From assembly GCA_963704725.1 (NCBI GenBank), contig OY969934.1:864001-928000 (forward strand): a stretch of DNA of 64,000 nucleotides, read 5' to 3'. Position 1 is the first letter of the stretch. The number at the start of each line of letters is the position of its first letter. Origin of the DNA: an uncultured Actinomycetes bacterium (GTDB taxonomy: Bacteria > Actinomycetota > UBA4738 > HRBIN12). The position numbers were made by a program, and so were the translations under genes. Under the pieces are notes generated by a model. It had not been told where the DNA came from and made no database searches. It saw only the letters and a list, made by a program, of their open reading frames with translations. Below are positions 19,204-29,325 of the stretch, in pieces.

Positions 19204-20921
19204 GGGATCACCGCTCGGATCCGCGTTCCCGTGGTCTCCGCGCTCTCCACCTGGAGCCGGCCGCCGATCGCGGACACGCGATCGTCCAACCCGCGGAGCC
19301 CCGATCCGCGCCCCAGGTCGGCGCCGCCGATGCCATCGTCCGCGATCTCCACCATGAGGCTTCCGTTGGCCCTCGCCACCCGCACGCTCACCCGGCTCGC
19401 CTCGGCGTGCTTGGCGACGTTCGCCAACGCCTCGCACACGACGAAGTACGCGGTCGCCTCGACCGTCGGGGGATAGCGATCGCTCGGCACCTCGGCCGAC
19501 ACGATCACCTGGGCTCGCTCCACGAGCGATTCGACCGCAGCCGACAGCCCCTCCTCGGTCAGGACGGCCGGGTGGATGCCCTGCGCGAGATCTCGGAGCT
19601 CGCTGATGGCCGCGGCCGCCTCCTCGGCGGCGTCGCCCAGGAGCCGAGCCAGCGTGGGATCCCCCGAGGAGATGGCCCGGTCTCGGGCCATCCTGAGTCC
19701 GAGGGAGAGCGAAAGGAGTCGCTGCTGTGCGCCGTCGTGGAGATCGCGCTCCAGCCTGCGCCGCTGCGTGTCGGCGGCCTCGACGATGCGGGCTCTCGAG
19801 GCCCGGACCTCCTCCAGCGTCGCGCGGACCTCGGCCTGCAACCGCTCGTTGTCGATCGCGAGCCGGGCAGCGGCCGATGCCGCCTCGACCAGCCTGTGTT
19901 CCTCCGACAGGGCGGGGTCGTGGATGATGACTCCGAGCGGCTGTCCGCCGCGCTCGATCATCGTCACGGCCCGGCGAGATGGGTCGGCGGGAAGCCGAAC
20001 CGGCCGCCCCAGCGAGTCGACGAACGCCTGCCGGTCCGGCACCCAGTACGCGAGCTCGGCCGACGGGTCATGCAAGGTCCGTGCGAGCGCATCGCGAAGG
20101 CTCGTGCTGGGCAACGGCTCGCCGAGATCGATGAGGAAGTCGCCAACACCCGCCTGTCGGATCCCGCTCCGGAGCACTCCGATGAGGAACCCGATCGGAA
20201 CGCTCAGCTTGGCGGCGACGACGCAATAGAAGATGGCGTCCCCGACCAGGGCCGAGGCGCCGACGACTCGGGCCACGATCTCCGCGCCGAGTGCGGCGAA
20301 GAGGAGGAGCGCCGACACGATCACCGGTGCGTAGACCCGGCGCGCGGTCTGTGTCGTCCGGTACCAGCGCGCGACGACGACGGCCACGACCGCGACGAGC
20401 ACACCGATCGCGATCTTGTCTCGGATCCAGAAGAGACGATCGGCGAACTCCCCGCCGTGAACGATCTGGAGCGCGTTCTCGCCTGGCAGGCCGAGGGAGC
20501 GAGGGTCGAGGCCGAGGACCGCCAGGATCGTGAGACCCACCAGCGTGTAGATGACTCCGACGACGACGCGGTCGATCCGGGATCGCAGTCGGCCGTCCGG
20601 ATACGCGAGCAGAACGTGACCGAGGATCGAGAGATGCACGGGTTGCAGGATCATGCCGATCCCGAACAGCAGGCCGTTCGGGTACACGCTCACCCCCGAG
20701 AGGGCCCACGAGACACCAGCCACGTACAGGAGCACCCCGAGCCGGTTGCGGGGGTTACGGGACCACATCACGATCCCGGCCGACATCGTCATGAACCCGA
20801 CGATCACGTCCGCGACCAGCGTCTCCTGGGGGGCGATGCCCAGGGAGACGAATCCCGCCTCCCCCACGGTCGCGACGATCGGGACGGACGCCCAGAGCGC
20901 GATACGTCTGCCCCGGCTCAC
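19194..20921 (-). CDS. Membrane sensor histidine kinase
   Basis: About seven TM segments, RRRLERDLHDGAQQRL, EALANVAKHA, DDGIGGA. Confidence 0.93.
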   Translation of the reverse strand: MSRGRRIALWASVPIVATVGEAGFVSLGIAPQETLVADVIVGFMTMSAGIVMWSRNPRNRLGVLLYVAGVSWALSGVSVYPNGLLFGIGMILQPVHLSILGHVLLAYPDGRLRSRIDRVVVGVIYTLVGLTILAVLGLDPRSLGLPGENALQIVHGGEFADRLFWIRDKIAIGVLVAVVAVVVARWYRTTQTARRVYAPVIVSALLLFAALGAEIVARVVGASALVGDAIFYCVVAAKLSVPIGFLIGVLRSGIRQAGVGDFLIDLGEPLPSTSLRDALARTLHDPSAELAYWVPDRQAFVDSLGRPVRLPADPSRRAVTMIERGGQPLGVIIHDPALSEEHRLVEAASAAARLAIDNERLQAEVRATLEEVRASRARIVEAADTQRRRLERDLHDGAQQRLLSLSLGLRMARDRAISSGDPTLARLLGDAAEEAAAAISELRDLAQGIHPAVLTEEGLSAAVESLVERAQVIVSAEVPSDRYPPTVEATAYFVVCEALANVAKHAEASRVSVRVARANGSLMVEIADDGIGGADLGRGSGLRGLDDRVSAIGGRLQVESAETTGTRIRAVIPCA

Positions 20922-21277
20922 GCGCCCTCTCCGACGATGGCCGCGAAAGCGGTTCCGGAGAGATCCTCCTTCGCGATGAAGCCGGCAGCAGCGCTGGATC
21001 GCATCCGAGTCCGGTACGCGGTGACATCGTGGCTCGACGTCATGACGACGAGCGCGGGAACGTCCCTGGCGATGCGGTTCGCGACGTCGAATCCGTTCAT
21101 GTCGGGCAGCACGACGTCCAGCAGGATCAGGTCCGGCCGGAGTCTCAGGGCGGCGGCGACCGCCGTCGCGCCATCGCCGGCCTCTCCGACCACCTCGTAG
21201 CCACTCATCTCGAGCATCTGCCGGGCGCGGGCCCGGAAGCTCGCGTGGTCGTCGACGACCAGAACACTTCGCACCAC
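20918..21277 (-). CDS. Stand-alone receiver-domain response regulator
   Basis: VLVVDDHASFR, LLDVVLPDMNG, GFIAKEDLS. No output domain. Confidence 0.9.
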   Translation of the reverse strand: MVRSVLVVDDHASFRARARQMLEMSGYEVVGEAGDGATAVAAALRLRPDLILLDVVLPDMNGFDVANRIARDVPALVVMTSSHDVTAYRTRMRSSAAAGFIAKEDLSGTAFAAIVGEGA

Positions 21278-21444
21278 GGATGGATTGTCGCAACCGGAGG
21301 CCGCATGTTCCAGAGGGTCATCCCTCGACGGCGACGAGCGTTCCGGCGCGGGATCCGAGGGCTGGCCCCGATGCACCCAGGGATGACGCCTGGGTACGGT
21401 CGCCCGATCCCAGGACCGATCCGATCCCGGAAGGGAGGGCGAGG

Positions 21445-23250
21445 ATGAGACCACTCCAGCGAACCAGGTTGCTCCGGAGCTCGATCGCCGTCCTGGTCGC
21501 CACGTTCGTCGCATGTGGCGGAACTCGTGGTGACCTTCTCGATCTGCCCGGCCACTCACTTGGCCCCTGTTCGCGGGAGTACGTCCACCGGATCGACGAA
21601 TCCGTGGACACCACGGAGCTGGTCCCATGGCTGATGGCGATGGGCGATGGTGCGACACGCCCCGAGGCGTCGGGCTTGGGCATCCTGGCGGCGGCGCCCG
21701 CGCTGCCGGACGCAGCGGCGGCCTGGGACTCGGTCCAGGTAGCGATGATCCGCGACCAGATGACGCTGGCGGAGGCCGAGTGCGACCGGGACGCCGCGTT
21801 CTGGGTCCGGGCGCAGGCCGGGTTCGAGGACCGGATGGGGCCGGTACTCCAAGGGAGCGTGGACGCCACGACGAACGGCGACCCGCACCTCGAGACGTTC
21901 GACGGGCTCCGCTATGACTTCCAGGCCGCCGGCGAGTTCGTCCTGGTGAGCTCGACCGAGGACGACTTGCAGATCCAGATCCGCCAAGAGCCGTTGAGCG
22001 GCTCGCGCACCGTGAGCGTGAACACCGCGATCGCGGCGGACGTGGAAGGCGACCGGGTCGGGGTCTATGCGGGAGAGGAACGGATCGGCGTGTTCGTGGA
22101 TGGCATCCTGGAGGAGGTGCCACCGACCGGCACGTCCCTTCCTTCCGGTGGCCGGATCGAGACCGGCGAGCAAGGCGCGTTCGTCATCCGATGGCTCGAC
22201 GGGTCGGAGCTGAGGATCCTCCAACGGTCCGATCGTCTCGATGCCGTGGTCGCGCTGGTCGATGAACGTGCCGGTGAGGTGGCCGGCCTGCTGGGAGACG
22301 CGGACGGCTCGGCCGAGAACGACCTCACGCCTCGTGGAGAAGCGCCGCTCGAAGTCCGCCATGCGGACTTCGAGCAGCTGCATCGATCGTTCGGCGACAG
22401 CTGGAGGATCGACGACGCGGGCTCGCTCTTCGACTACCTGCCGGGTGGCGGCACCGCGACCTTCTCGGATGTCACGTTCCCAGATCGTCCGGTGACGCTG
22501 AACGACCTCGACCCGGGTGACCGTCGTCGTGCGTCCGGCGTGTGCGAGGCCGCCGGCCTCCTCGCCGAACCGTACCGGTCTGCATGCATCTACGACGTGG
22601 TGGTGACCGGCGAGGACTCGTTCGCCGAGCAGACCGCGACCGTCCTCCAGCTGGAGACGGTGACGGTCTCGCCGGTCAACGTCACGACCTTCGACGGCCT
22701 CTCGTATGACCTCGAGACTCCCGGGTCCTACGTCCTGGTCGAGGCGCCGGGCGGCGGCTTCGAGGTGCAGGCGACGATCGGCGTCGACGCCGACGCGACG
22801 AGCGTTCGTCTCGTCTACTCGGGCTTCGCCATCGATGTGGCGGGCGATGTCGTGGAGATCCGGGCCGGCACGGCTGAGGTGATCGTTGGCGGAGAGCCGC
22901 GCACGATCCCCGATGCGGGGCTCGACCTCGGTGGCGGAGGCTCGGTCACCGCGAGCGGAACCTCGTTCACGATCGCTTGGGCGGATGGAAGCTCGATCCA
23001 GTTGAGCGCCCAGGATGCGGCCGGATACGACGCGTCGTTCTCGCTCGCGGCGGAGCGCACAGGCGCGGTGTCCGGCCTCTTCGGCGACGCCGACGGCAAC
23101 CCCAGGAACGACTTCATGACCCCGGCGGGGCGGGAGATCCACCCGTGGGGGGGTCCGCCCGACGTCTTCCGGGCACACGTGGATCTGGACTTCGCCTCGA
23201 GCTGGCGCGTGGCGCCGGAGGCATCGCTGTTCGTCGATCCGGACGCCTGA
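21445..23250 (+). CDS. Lipoprotein with two von Willebrand factor type D (VWD) domains
   Basis: Lipobox FVAC, GDPHLETFDGLRYDFQAAGEFVL, GLLGDADG, FGDSWRI, CIYDV, then a second TTFDG...GLFGDADG repeat. Confidence 0.85.
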   Translation: MRPLQRTRLLRSSIAVLVATFVACGGTRGDLLDLPGHSLGPCSREYVHRIDESVDTTELVPWLMAMGDGATRPEASGLGILAAAPALPDAAAAWDSVQVAMIRDQMTLAEAECDRDAAFWVRAQAGFEDRMGPVLQGSVDATTNGDPHLETFDGLRYDFQAAGEFVLVSSTEDDLQIQIRQEPLSGSRTVSVNTAIAADVEGDRVGVYAGEERIGVFVDGILEEVPPTGTSLPSGGRIETGEQGAFVIRWLDGSELRILQRSDRLDAVVALVDERAGEVAGLLGDADGSAENDLTPRGEAPLEVRHADFEQLHRSFGDSWRIDDAGSLFDYLPGGGTATFSDVTFPDRPVTLNDLDPGDRRRASGVCEAAGLLAEPYRSACIYDVVVTGEDSFAEQTATVLQLETVTVSPVNVTTFDGLSYDLETPGSYVLVEAPGGGFEVQATIGVDADATSVRLVYSGFAIDVAGDVVEIRAGTAEVIVGGEPRTIPDAGLDLGGGGSVTASGTSFTIAWADGSSIQLSAQDAAGYDASFSLAAERTGAVSGLFGDADGNPRNDFMTPAGREIHPWGGPPDVFRAHVDLDFASSWRVAPEASLFVDPDA

Positions 23251-23296
23251 CGGGGCAGACGGCAGCACCGCGAGCGCACAGGGAGAGGAGAGCGTC

Positions 23297-25486
23297 ATGA
23301 GTGCACACCGATGCGCCGCCGGATCGGTCGCCGTCGTCTTTTCGGTTGCGGTCTGGGCGGTCGGCATCGTCGGTCCCCAGGCATCGGCCGATCCGAACGG
23401 CCTGGTGCCGATGCAGGTCTGGTACAACCCTGAGCTCGGCGACTACTTCAGCACCACGCACCCCGCGTGGACCCCGAACCCGGCGTCCCCGACCTCGATC
23501 CGGATCGGCTACCGGTACGTCGGCGTGCGGGGCTTGGTCTTCGATCCCGCGCGTCCCCAGCCCCCGGACACCTTGCCGCTCTTCGGCTGGTACAGCCCGT
23601 CGCGGGGCGACAACTTCGTGACGACGAACCCATCCTGGGCCGGCCCGGCAGATCCGAAGATCGGCTATCACTTCGTTCGACTCGAGGGATACGTCTACGA
23701 CAGGCCGGTGGCCGGCACGGCGCCACTCGTGCTGTGGTTCGCGCCGTCGCTCGGCGACAACCACACGACGGCCGACCCGACTTGGAGCGAGCGCACCCGC
23801 CACGGAGCCGAGGGCTACAACCTCGTGGGCGTCCAGGGCTACGTGGTCCCGGGTCCCCCCTCGCCGAACGACCCCGTCGGCCCGCGCACGTTCGGCTACG
23901 GTCGGGCCGTCATCGAGGGCGACCGACCCTTGCTGCTGATCATGGTCGACTTTCCGAGGCTGACCTTCCGCGCTCCGCACACCTCCTCGTACTACTCGCG
24001 GATCCTGTTCGGACCCGACGAGCCGAACGTGAGTTCCTACTTCCGCGACGTCTCCAATGGGCGATTCACGTTCCACCCCGCGGGGCCCGGGGTGATCGGA
24101 CCAGTGACGATCCGCTTCGGCCTGGGCACCGCCAACAGCGGTCGCCAGGCCATCGCCGCCGCGGCTGAGGACGGGCTGTTCGACTTCCGCGCGTACGACG
24201 TGAACCCGCGAGACGGGGTCGTGAGTCGCCGCGAGCTGGCGATCGAGCTGGTCACCGCGGCACCCCTGAACGTCGTCGGAGGCCAGACCAGCGATCTCGT
24301 TGGGTGTCTGTTTGCGCTGCTCCCGACCTGCCTCGATGCTTCGGTCAGCTCGGTGGACGAGGGCTCATTCATGGACAACTTCGCTCACGAGCTCGTGCAC
24401 CAGATCGGGGCTGGCGTGGAAGAGGACCTGTACGGGTCGGACCTCGGGAATGGCGGGTCCGTGTGCCATAGCTCGTTTGCGACCCTGATGTCCTGCACCC
24501 TCCGCGCCGAGCCGGCAACCCTGACGGCCGCACTGAACCCCTATCACCTCGATCCCTGGCACAAGATTCAGTTCGGATGGATCCGGCCGCGCATCGAGCC
24601 GATCTCCAACACCGGCTCGTGCGGCATCCTGGATGCCCAGCAGTTCGATTCCGTCGAGGGGAACCTGCGACCGATCATCTTCTACGACCCGGCTGTCGGG
24701 ACGAGTCGTTACTTCATCGCGGAGTTCCGCACGCCGTCCTCCTCCATCGGGCCCGGATACGACGCCTCCGTCGCGGACACGGGTGTCGCGATCTGGTCGA
24801 TCCGGACGGGCGCGGACGGCAGCATCTCGCATATCCGAGGCGTGTCGATCATTCCCGGTGACGACAGGACGCTGGAAACGAATGTCGTCGCCGGCGCCGA
24901 CCAGCCGAAGGATTTCCAATCGGACGGCATCCTCGACGCGATCTGGGCGGGGCCGGACGGCATCCTCGACACGAGGAAGGCGCCGACGGACGCGTACGGC
25001 GACGACGCCGCGGATTTCCTCGTCGGAGCGCCGAACGCGATCCGAGGCGTCTCCTCGTTCTGGACGCAGGCCAATGGCGAGTTCGACCTGCGCATCGGAA
25101 ACGATCCGTGGCTGACACCCGAAGGGGGTATCCGCTTCCGAGTCGGCCCTCTGCCGGCGCTCCGCCAGGCGAGCGTCGCACTCGAGTGGACGACCAAGGA
25201 CGCGTTCGTTCCGAGGCTCGACCTGCTGCGTTCGGCGGCGACGGTCACCACGGGCTCGATGGTCGCCGTGGACGGCGTCTTCGGCGCGCAGCAGTTGTCG
25301 CGAACACTCTCACTGCGCGGCGAGACGGGGGTGGTCTACGACCTCCAGGTGGAGGGCTGGAGCTGCGGTCGAGTCACGGCGACCATCCCCACGGATGTGC
25401 CGCCGGGCGAATACGACCTCGTCGCGTTCGCGGGCCCGGATCACGCGCAGGGCGGGAACTCCATCCCTCTCGCGGTGACCGCGTGA
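23297..25486 (+). CDS. Secreted M6 (immune inhibitor A)-like zinc metalloprotease with N-terminal repeats and an Ig-like tail
   Basis: Signal peptide, three GDx(F/H)xT / GY..V...G repeats, LLLIMVDF, VSSYFRDVSNGRF, FAHELVHQIG, DLY, LMS, HLDPWHKIQFGWI. Confidence 0.8.
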   Translation: MSAHRCAAGSVAVVFSVAVWAVGIVGPQASADPNGLVPMQVWYNPELGDYFSTTHPAWTPNPASPTSIRIGYRYVGVRGLVFDPARPQPPDTLPLFGWYSPSRGDNFVTTNPSWAGPADPKIGYHFVRLEGYVYDRPVAGTAPLVLWFAPSLGDNHTTADPTWSERTRHGAEGYNLVGVQGYVVPGPPSPNDPVGPRTFGYGRAVIEGDRPLLLIMVDFPRLTFRAPHTSSYYSRILFGPDEPNVSSYFRDVSNGRFTFHPAGPGVIGPVTIRFGLGTANSGRQAIAAAAEDGLFDFRAYDVNPRDGVVSRRELAIELVTAAPLNVVGGQTSDLVGCLFALLPTCLDASVSSVDEGSFMDNFAHELVHQIGAGVEEDLYGSDLGNGGSVCHSSFATLMSCTLRAEPATLTAALNPYHLDPWHKIQFGWIRPRIEPISNTGSCGILDAQQFDSVEGNLRPIIFYDPAVGTSRYFIAEFRTPSSSIGPGYDASVADTGVAIWSIRTGADGSISHIRGVSIIPGDDRTLETNVVAGADQPKDFQSDGILDAIWAGPDGILDTRKAPTDAYGDDAADFLVGAPNAIRGVSSFWTQANGEFDLRIGNDPWLTPEGGIRFRVGPLPALRQASVALEWTTKDAFVPRLDLLRSAATVTTGSMVAVDGVFGAQQLSRTLSLRGETGVVYDLQVEGWSCGRVTATIPTDVPPGEYDLVAFAGPDHAQGGNSIPLAVTA

Positions 25487-25589
25487 AGCAAGGCTGATGG
25501 CCCCGGTCTACCCGGAGCTACCGACGCCGAGTTCGTGACGCAGCAGGCGTACGGCCCCGTCGCCCGGATGATGGTACCGATGGCCTCGA

Positions 25590-26393
25590 CTACTGAGGCC
25601 TGCGCGCGACGATGAGTAGATGTGAGCTTGCCCCGATCAACGTCGCCTCCTGCTCGACGGCCCGCGCGACCCGCAGGATGTTCTCGCGACCAGCGATGTC
25701 CTCTTTGAAGTCCGCCCAGAGCAGCCACCCCGGTCCTTCGATCCCGAAGAGGCCCTCGACCTCCAACCCGGCAGCTTCAACCTCCTCCCGCAACTCATCG
25801 GGATGATGGAAGAAGGCCGTCGTGAACCACTCTGGGCGGTGCGTCGGATTCCGGTGCTGACCAGCCGCGAGATCGAGCTCGACGATCTGCTCGAACGCTG
25901 GGTCACCGAGCCAGCCGTTGACGAGGCCGTCCAGGAGCGAGGCGAACCTCGAGATGGCCGCAGCGAGGATCACGCCATCGGAACGCATAACGCGCCTGGC
26001 CTCCGTCAGGGCGCGCACTCGCTCGTTCCGGTCGGTGAGGTGATACAGCGGACCAAGCATGAGGACGGCATCGCATGAGGAGTCGTCCTGCTCCAGGCTC
26101 CGCGCATCACCGATCGAGGCTGTGAACGATCGATGGCCCCCGGCAACCTCAGTCGCTTGTTCAACGTGAAGTGGCACGGGATCGACGAGGTGGACGTGGT
26201 AACCCGCCCCGGCAAGCCACGACGCGTAGGCACCCGGGCCGCCGCCGACGTCGAGGATGGTGGCGGGAGCGGGAGGCAGGAAGCGGAGGAGCAGTTCCTT
26301 CGTCCGAGCGAACTCGATCCCGGACGGTTCTCCCGTCAAGCGCTCGCGCTCGTACCCGGAGTCGTAGTGCCGGTGGATCGCGTCCTCTCCCAT
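25590..26393 (-). CDS. Class I SAM-dependent methyltransferase
   Basis: ILDVGGGPGAY, LVDPV, GDARSL, DAVLMLGPLYHL. Confidence 0.93.
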   Translation of the reverse strand: MGEDAIHRHYDSGYERERLTGEPSGIEFARTKELLLRFLPPAPATILDVGGGPGAYASWLAGAGYHVHLVDPVPLHVEQATEVAGGHRSFTASIGDARSLEQDDSSCDAVLMLGPLYHLTDRNERVRALTEARRVMRSDGVILAAAISRFASLLDGLVNGWLGDPAFEQIVELDLAAGQHRNPTHRPEWFTTAFFHHPDELREEVEAAGLEVEGLFGIEGPGWLLWADFKEDIAGRENILRVARAVEQEATLIGASSHLLIVARRPQ

Positions 26394-26677
26394 GCGAGAA
26401 CTGTATCCGTGCGAAGACGTGCAGCGCGAAAAGCCGCATCCAGCCAGCTGGCCGAGTCCGGATCGATATCAGGACCCGTCGTCCCCTCGCCCGCCTCGGT
26501 CGTCGCCGCGTGGAGGGGCGTCCCGCCTCCGCCCCGTCCGTGTGGGACGTTCGGCCGGTTGCCCTCGAACTGGGCGTTCCCGTAGAACGGGGCTGGGCCT
26601 GTGCCGCGCAAGGCTCGGTGCGGACGTCGCCGGACGCCCGGCCGGAAGGGGAGCGCGGGAGGAAGGGAGGGAGCATC

Positions 26678-28435
26678 ATGCGGTCTCGGTCGTCAAGGAC
26701 CGTGTTGGTCCTAGGGTTGGTCGGGGTGATGGCGTGGGCGACGGGTGGGATCTCGCCCACGGTCGCTGGGCCGAGAGGGGTTCTCCGGTTCGACGTCACC
26801 CTGTCGCCCGCGCTGCAGACGGGGAACGTCACCGGGCGGGTCTTCGTGATCGCCTCCACGGTGGCCGGGACGTCCCAGCTGTCGAGGATCAATAGCGCGA
26901 CGAACCCCCAGCCGTTCTGGGGCATGGACGTGTCCGACTTGGCCCCGGGAGCGAAGCTGACCTTCGCCACCGCCGGTGTCTACGGCTACCCGATCGAGCA
27001 ATTGCAGGACCTGCCCCCAGGTGACTACAACGTGCAGGCGTTCATGGATGTCTACACACGGTTCACGCGATCGGATGGATCGGTCGTCTGGTTGCACATG
27101 CCGTGCGGCGACGGGCAGCGCCCGACCAGCTCGCCCGGCAACCTGTTCAGCCCCGTCGTCCCGATGCGGCTGGACGGGAAGCTGTCGGGACTGCAGACCC
27201 TCACGCTCGATCAGATGATCCCGTATCCGGACGGAACGGCGCCGTTCCCGGAGGACGCGCCCGACGAGACGTGCCAGCAGGGCAACTATGTCGACTCGGC
27301 GCACATCAGGCACGTGAAGATCCAGAGCGAGCTCCTGACGGAGTACTGGGGCCGACCGATGTACATCGGAGCGAACGTGCTGCTGCCGATGACCTACGAC
27401 CAGCCGGGGCACGAAGCCGACCGCTACCCGGTCGTGTTCCAGCAGGGCCACTGGCCCGGCGGGGGGGTGCTCGGCTTCAGCGAGACCTCCACGACCGGCT
27501 TCTCGGCGTGGTGGAAGGCGGAGGACACGCCGCAGATGATCGGCGTCTCGATCCGTCACGAGAACCCGTACTACGACGACTCGTACGCGGTGAACTCCGC
27601 GAACCTCGGACCGTACGGGGACGCGATCACGCAGGAGCTGATCCCGTACATCGACGCGACCTTCCGGACCTATCCGGACCGGTGGGCCCGGACGCTGATG
27701 GGGGGGTCGACGGGCGGCTGGGAGGCGCTCGCGCAGATGGTGTTCTACCCGGAGGTGTTCGGCGGCACTTGGCCGAGCTGTCCCGACCCCGTGGACTTCC
27801 GCTTCCATCAGATCGTGAACGTCTACTCGGACGCGAACGCCTACTACACGGATCGCCAGTGGGTGGACACGCCGAGGCCGTCCTCCCGGAACGTCCCCGG
27901 GAACACGACGCTCACGATGGTCGAGGAGAACCACTGGGAGCTGGCGCTCGGGACGCGCTGGCGGTCGACGAAGCAGTGGGGCGTCTGGTCGGCCATCTAC
28001 GGTCCGCAGGCTGCCGACGGCTACCCGGCGGACATCTGGGACCGTGAGACGGGAGCGATCGACCACGCCGTAGCGGAGGCCTGGCGGCCCATGGACATCC
28101 GGCAGCACATCGTCGACAACTGGCCGACGCTGGGGCCGGAGCTGAGCGGCCGCATCCACGTCTTCGTGGGCGACGACGACACGTACTTCCTGAACGACGC
28201 CGTCGAGCTCCTGGAGGCGGCCGCCGCCGATCTGACAAGCCCGGACGCGAACTTCGAGTTCCAGTACGGGCACAACCAACCGCACTGCTGGAGCCCCTAC
28301 ACGAACCAAGAGCTGCTCCAGATCATGTTCGACGCGATGATCGCGGACGCGCCGACCACGGTGGCCGCGGACGCGACACCCGCCACCGTGGTGCCGGGGA
28401 GCCACGTGTTCCGTCATCTGGACGCGCGAGACTAG
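26678..28435 (+). CDS. Secreted alpha/beta-hydrolase (putative esterase family)
   Basis: Signal peptide, LMGGSTGGW nucleophile elbow, VGDDD, QPHCW. RBS GGGAGGGAG. Confidence 0.85.
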   Translation: MRSRSSRTVLVLGLVGVMAWATGGISPTVAGPRGVLRFDVTLSPALQTGNVTGRVFVIASTVAGTSQLSRINSATNPQPFWGMDVSDLAPGAKLTFATAGVYGYPIEQLQDLPPGDYNVQAFMDVYTRFTRSDGSVVWLHMPCGDGQRPTSSPGNLFSPVVPMRLDGKLSGLQTLTLDQMIPYPDGTAPFPEDAPDETCQQGNYVDSAHIRHVKIQSELLTEYWGRPMYIGANVLLPMTYDQPGHEADRYPVVFQQGHWPGGGVLGFSETSTTGFSAWWKAEDTPQMIGVSIRHENPYYDDSYAVNSANLGPYGDAITQELIPYIDATFRTYPDRWARTLMGGSTGGWEALAQMVFYPEVFGGTWPSCPDPVDFRFHQIVNVYSDANAYYTDRQWVDTPRPSSRNVPGNTTLTMVEENHWELALGTRWRSTKQWGVWSAIYGPQAADGYPADIWDRETGAIDHAVAEAWRPMDIRQHIVDNWPTLGPELSGRIHVFVGDDDTYFLNDAVELLEAAAADLTSPDANFEFQYGHNQPHCWSPYTNQELLQIMFDAMIADAPTTVAADATPATVVPGSHVFRHLDARD

Positions 28436-28457
28436 GAACGCCCGTCCGACGCCACGT

Positions 28458-28496
28458 CGGCGAGGGGCCCGGCCCTCCGGGGCGGGCCCCTCGCCG
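28458..28496. terminator. Hairpin between convergent genes
   Basis: CGGCGAGGGGCCCG...CGGGCCCCTCGCCG, a 14-bp stem. Confidence 0.65.
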
Positions 28497-28569
28497 CGTC
28501 TCCCGGTCCGGGGGTTCACCGCGTGGCGGTTGCTGACCGTGCTCCGGCCGGTCGATCCTGGAGCGGGAA

Positions 28570-29076
28570 CTACCTGCCGGTGGCGGAGAACCAGGTCGTC
28601 GCGGACGGTCCGACGAACACGATGGGCGCCACGCAAGGATCGGGCAACGCCACCGTGGCTTCGATCCTCGAGTTCCCGGTCGGCGTCGCCGGGAAGGGCG
28701 CCGTCGCGACGTTCGCCGTGACGAGCGCACCGTCGACCTCGCTCAGGCAGCTCACGACGGCCACGAACGCGGGGATGGGGTTCGTGCCCTGGCGTTCGGG
28801 CGGGACCGGCGGCGCCGCGAGCAGCACGAGACCGCGGACCTCCACCTTGAGGTGCCCGTCGACACTCAGCTCCCCCTTGGCGCCCGCGATCTGCCACGGC
28901 AGGCCGCCGCCGTTGATCCCGCGGATCGGGTTGGTCGCGCCGACGAAGACTCCGTCGACCGGGGCCATGGTGGAGAACTCGAGCACCTGTCCCTTGCCGG
29001 CGCTCCATGCGGGGAGCTGCGCCAGCAGGACGGATCCCGCGATGACGGCGAGCAGCACCACACCTCGTCGTTTCAT
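28570..29076 (-). CDS. Secreted hypothetical protein
   Basis: Signal MKRRGVVLLAVIAG..., GINGGGLPW, Cys pair. RBS GAGGGA. Confidence 0.75.
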   Translation of the reverse strand: MKRRGVVLLAVIAGSVLLAQLPAWSAGKGQVLEFSTMAPVDGVFVGATNPIRGINGGGLPWQIAGAKGELSVDGHLKVEVRGLVLLAAPPVPPERQGTNPIPAFVAVVSCLSEVDGALVTANVATAPFPATPTGNSRIEATVALPDPCVAPIVFVGPSATTWFSATGR

Positions 29077-29325
29077 CTTCCCCTCCTCTCGGGCCGGGCA
29101 TCCCCGTGTGGACCTCGATGACGCGCCGGGGCCGGGACGCGTACAGGGGATACGGGCCGCTCGGCGATCGGGATTCCGCGGCCGGTCTCGGCCCGATCCG
29201 CCGCGAGGAAACTGCCGGGCGCGTTGTGGATCCTCCGATCGAGAGCAGCCGAGTGGAGTCCAGGCCCACCCGTGCCGGTAGGGTCGGGTGTCGTTCGAAC
29301 CTCGGACGTCCAATCGATCGGAGGA

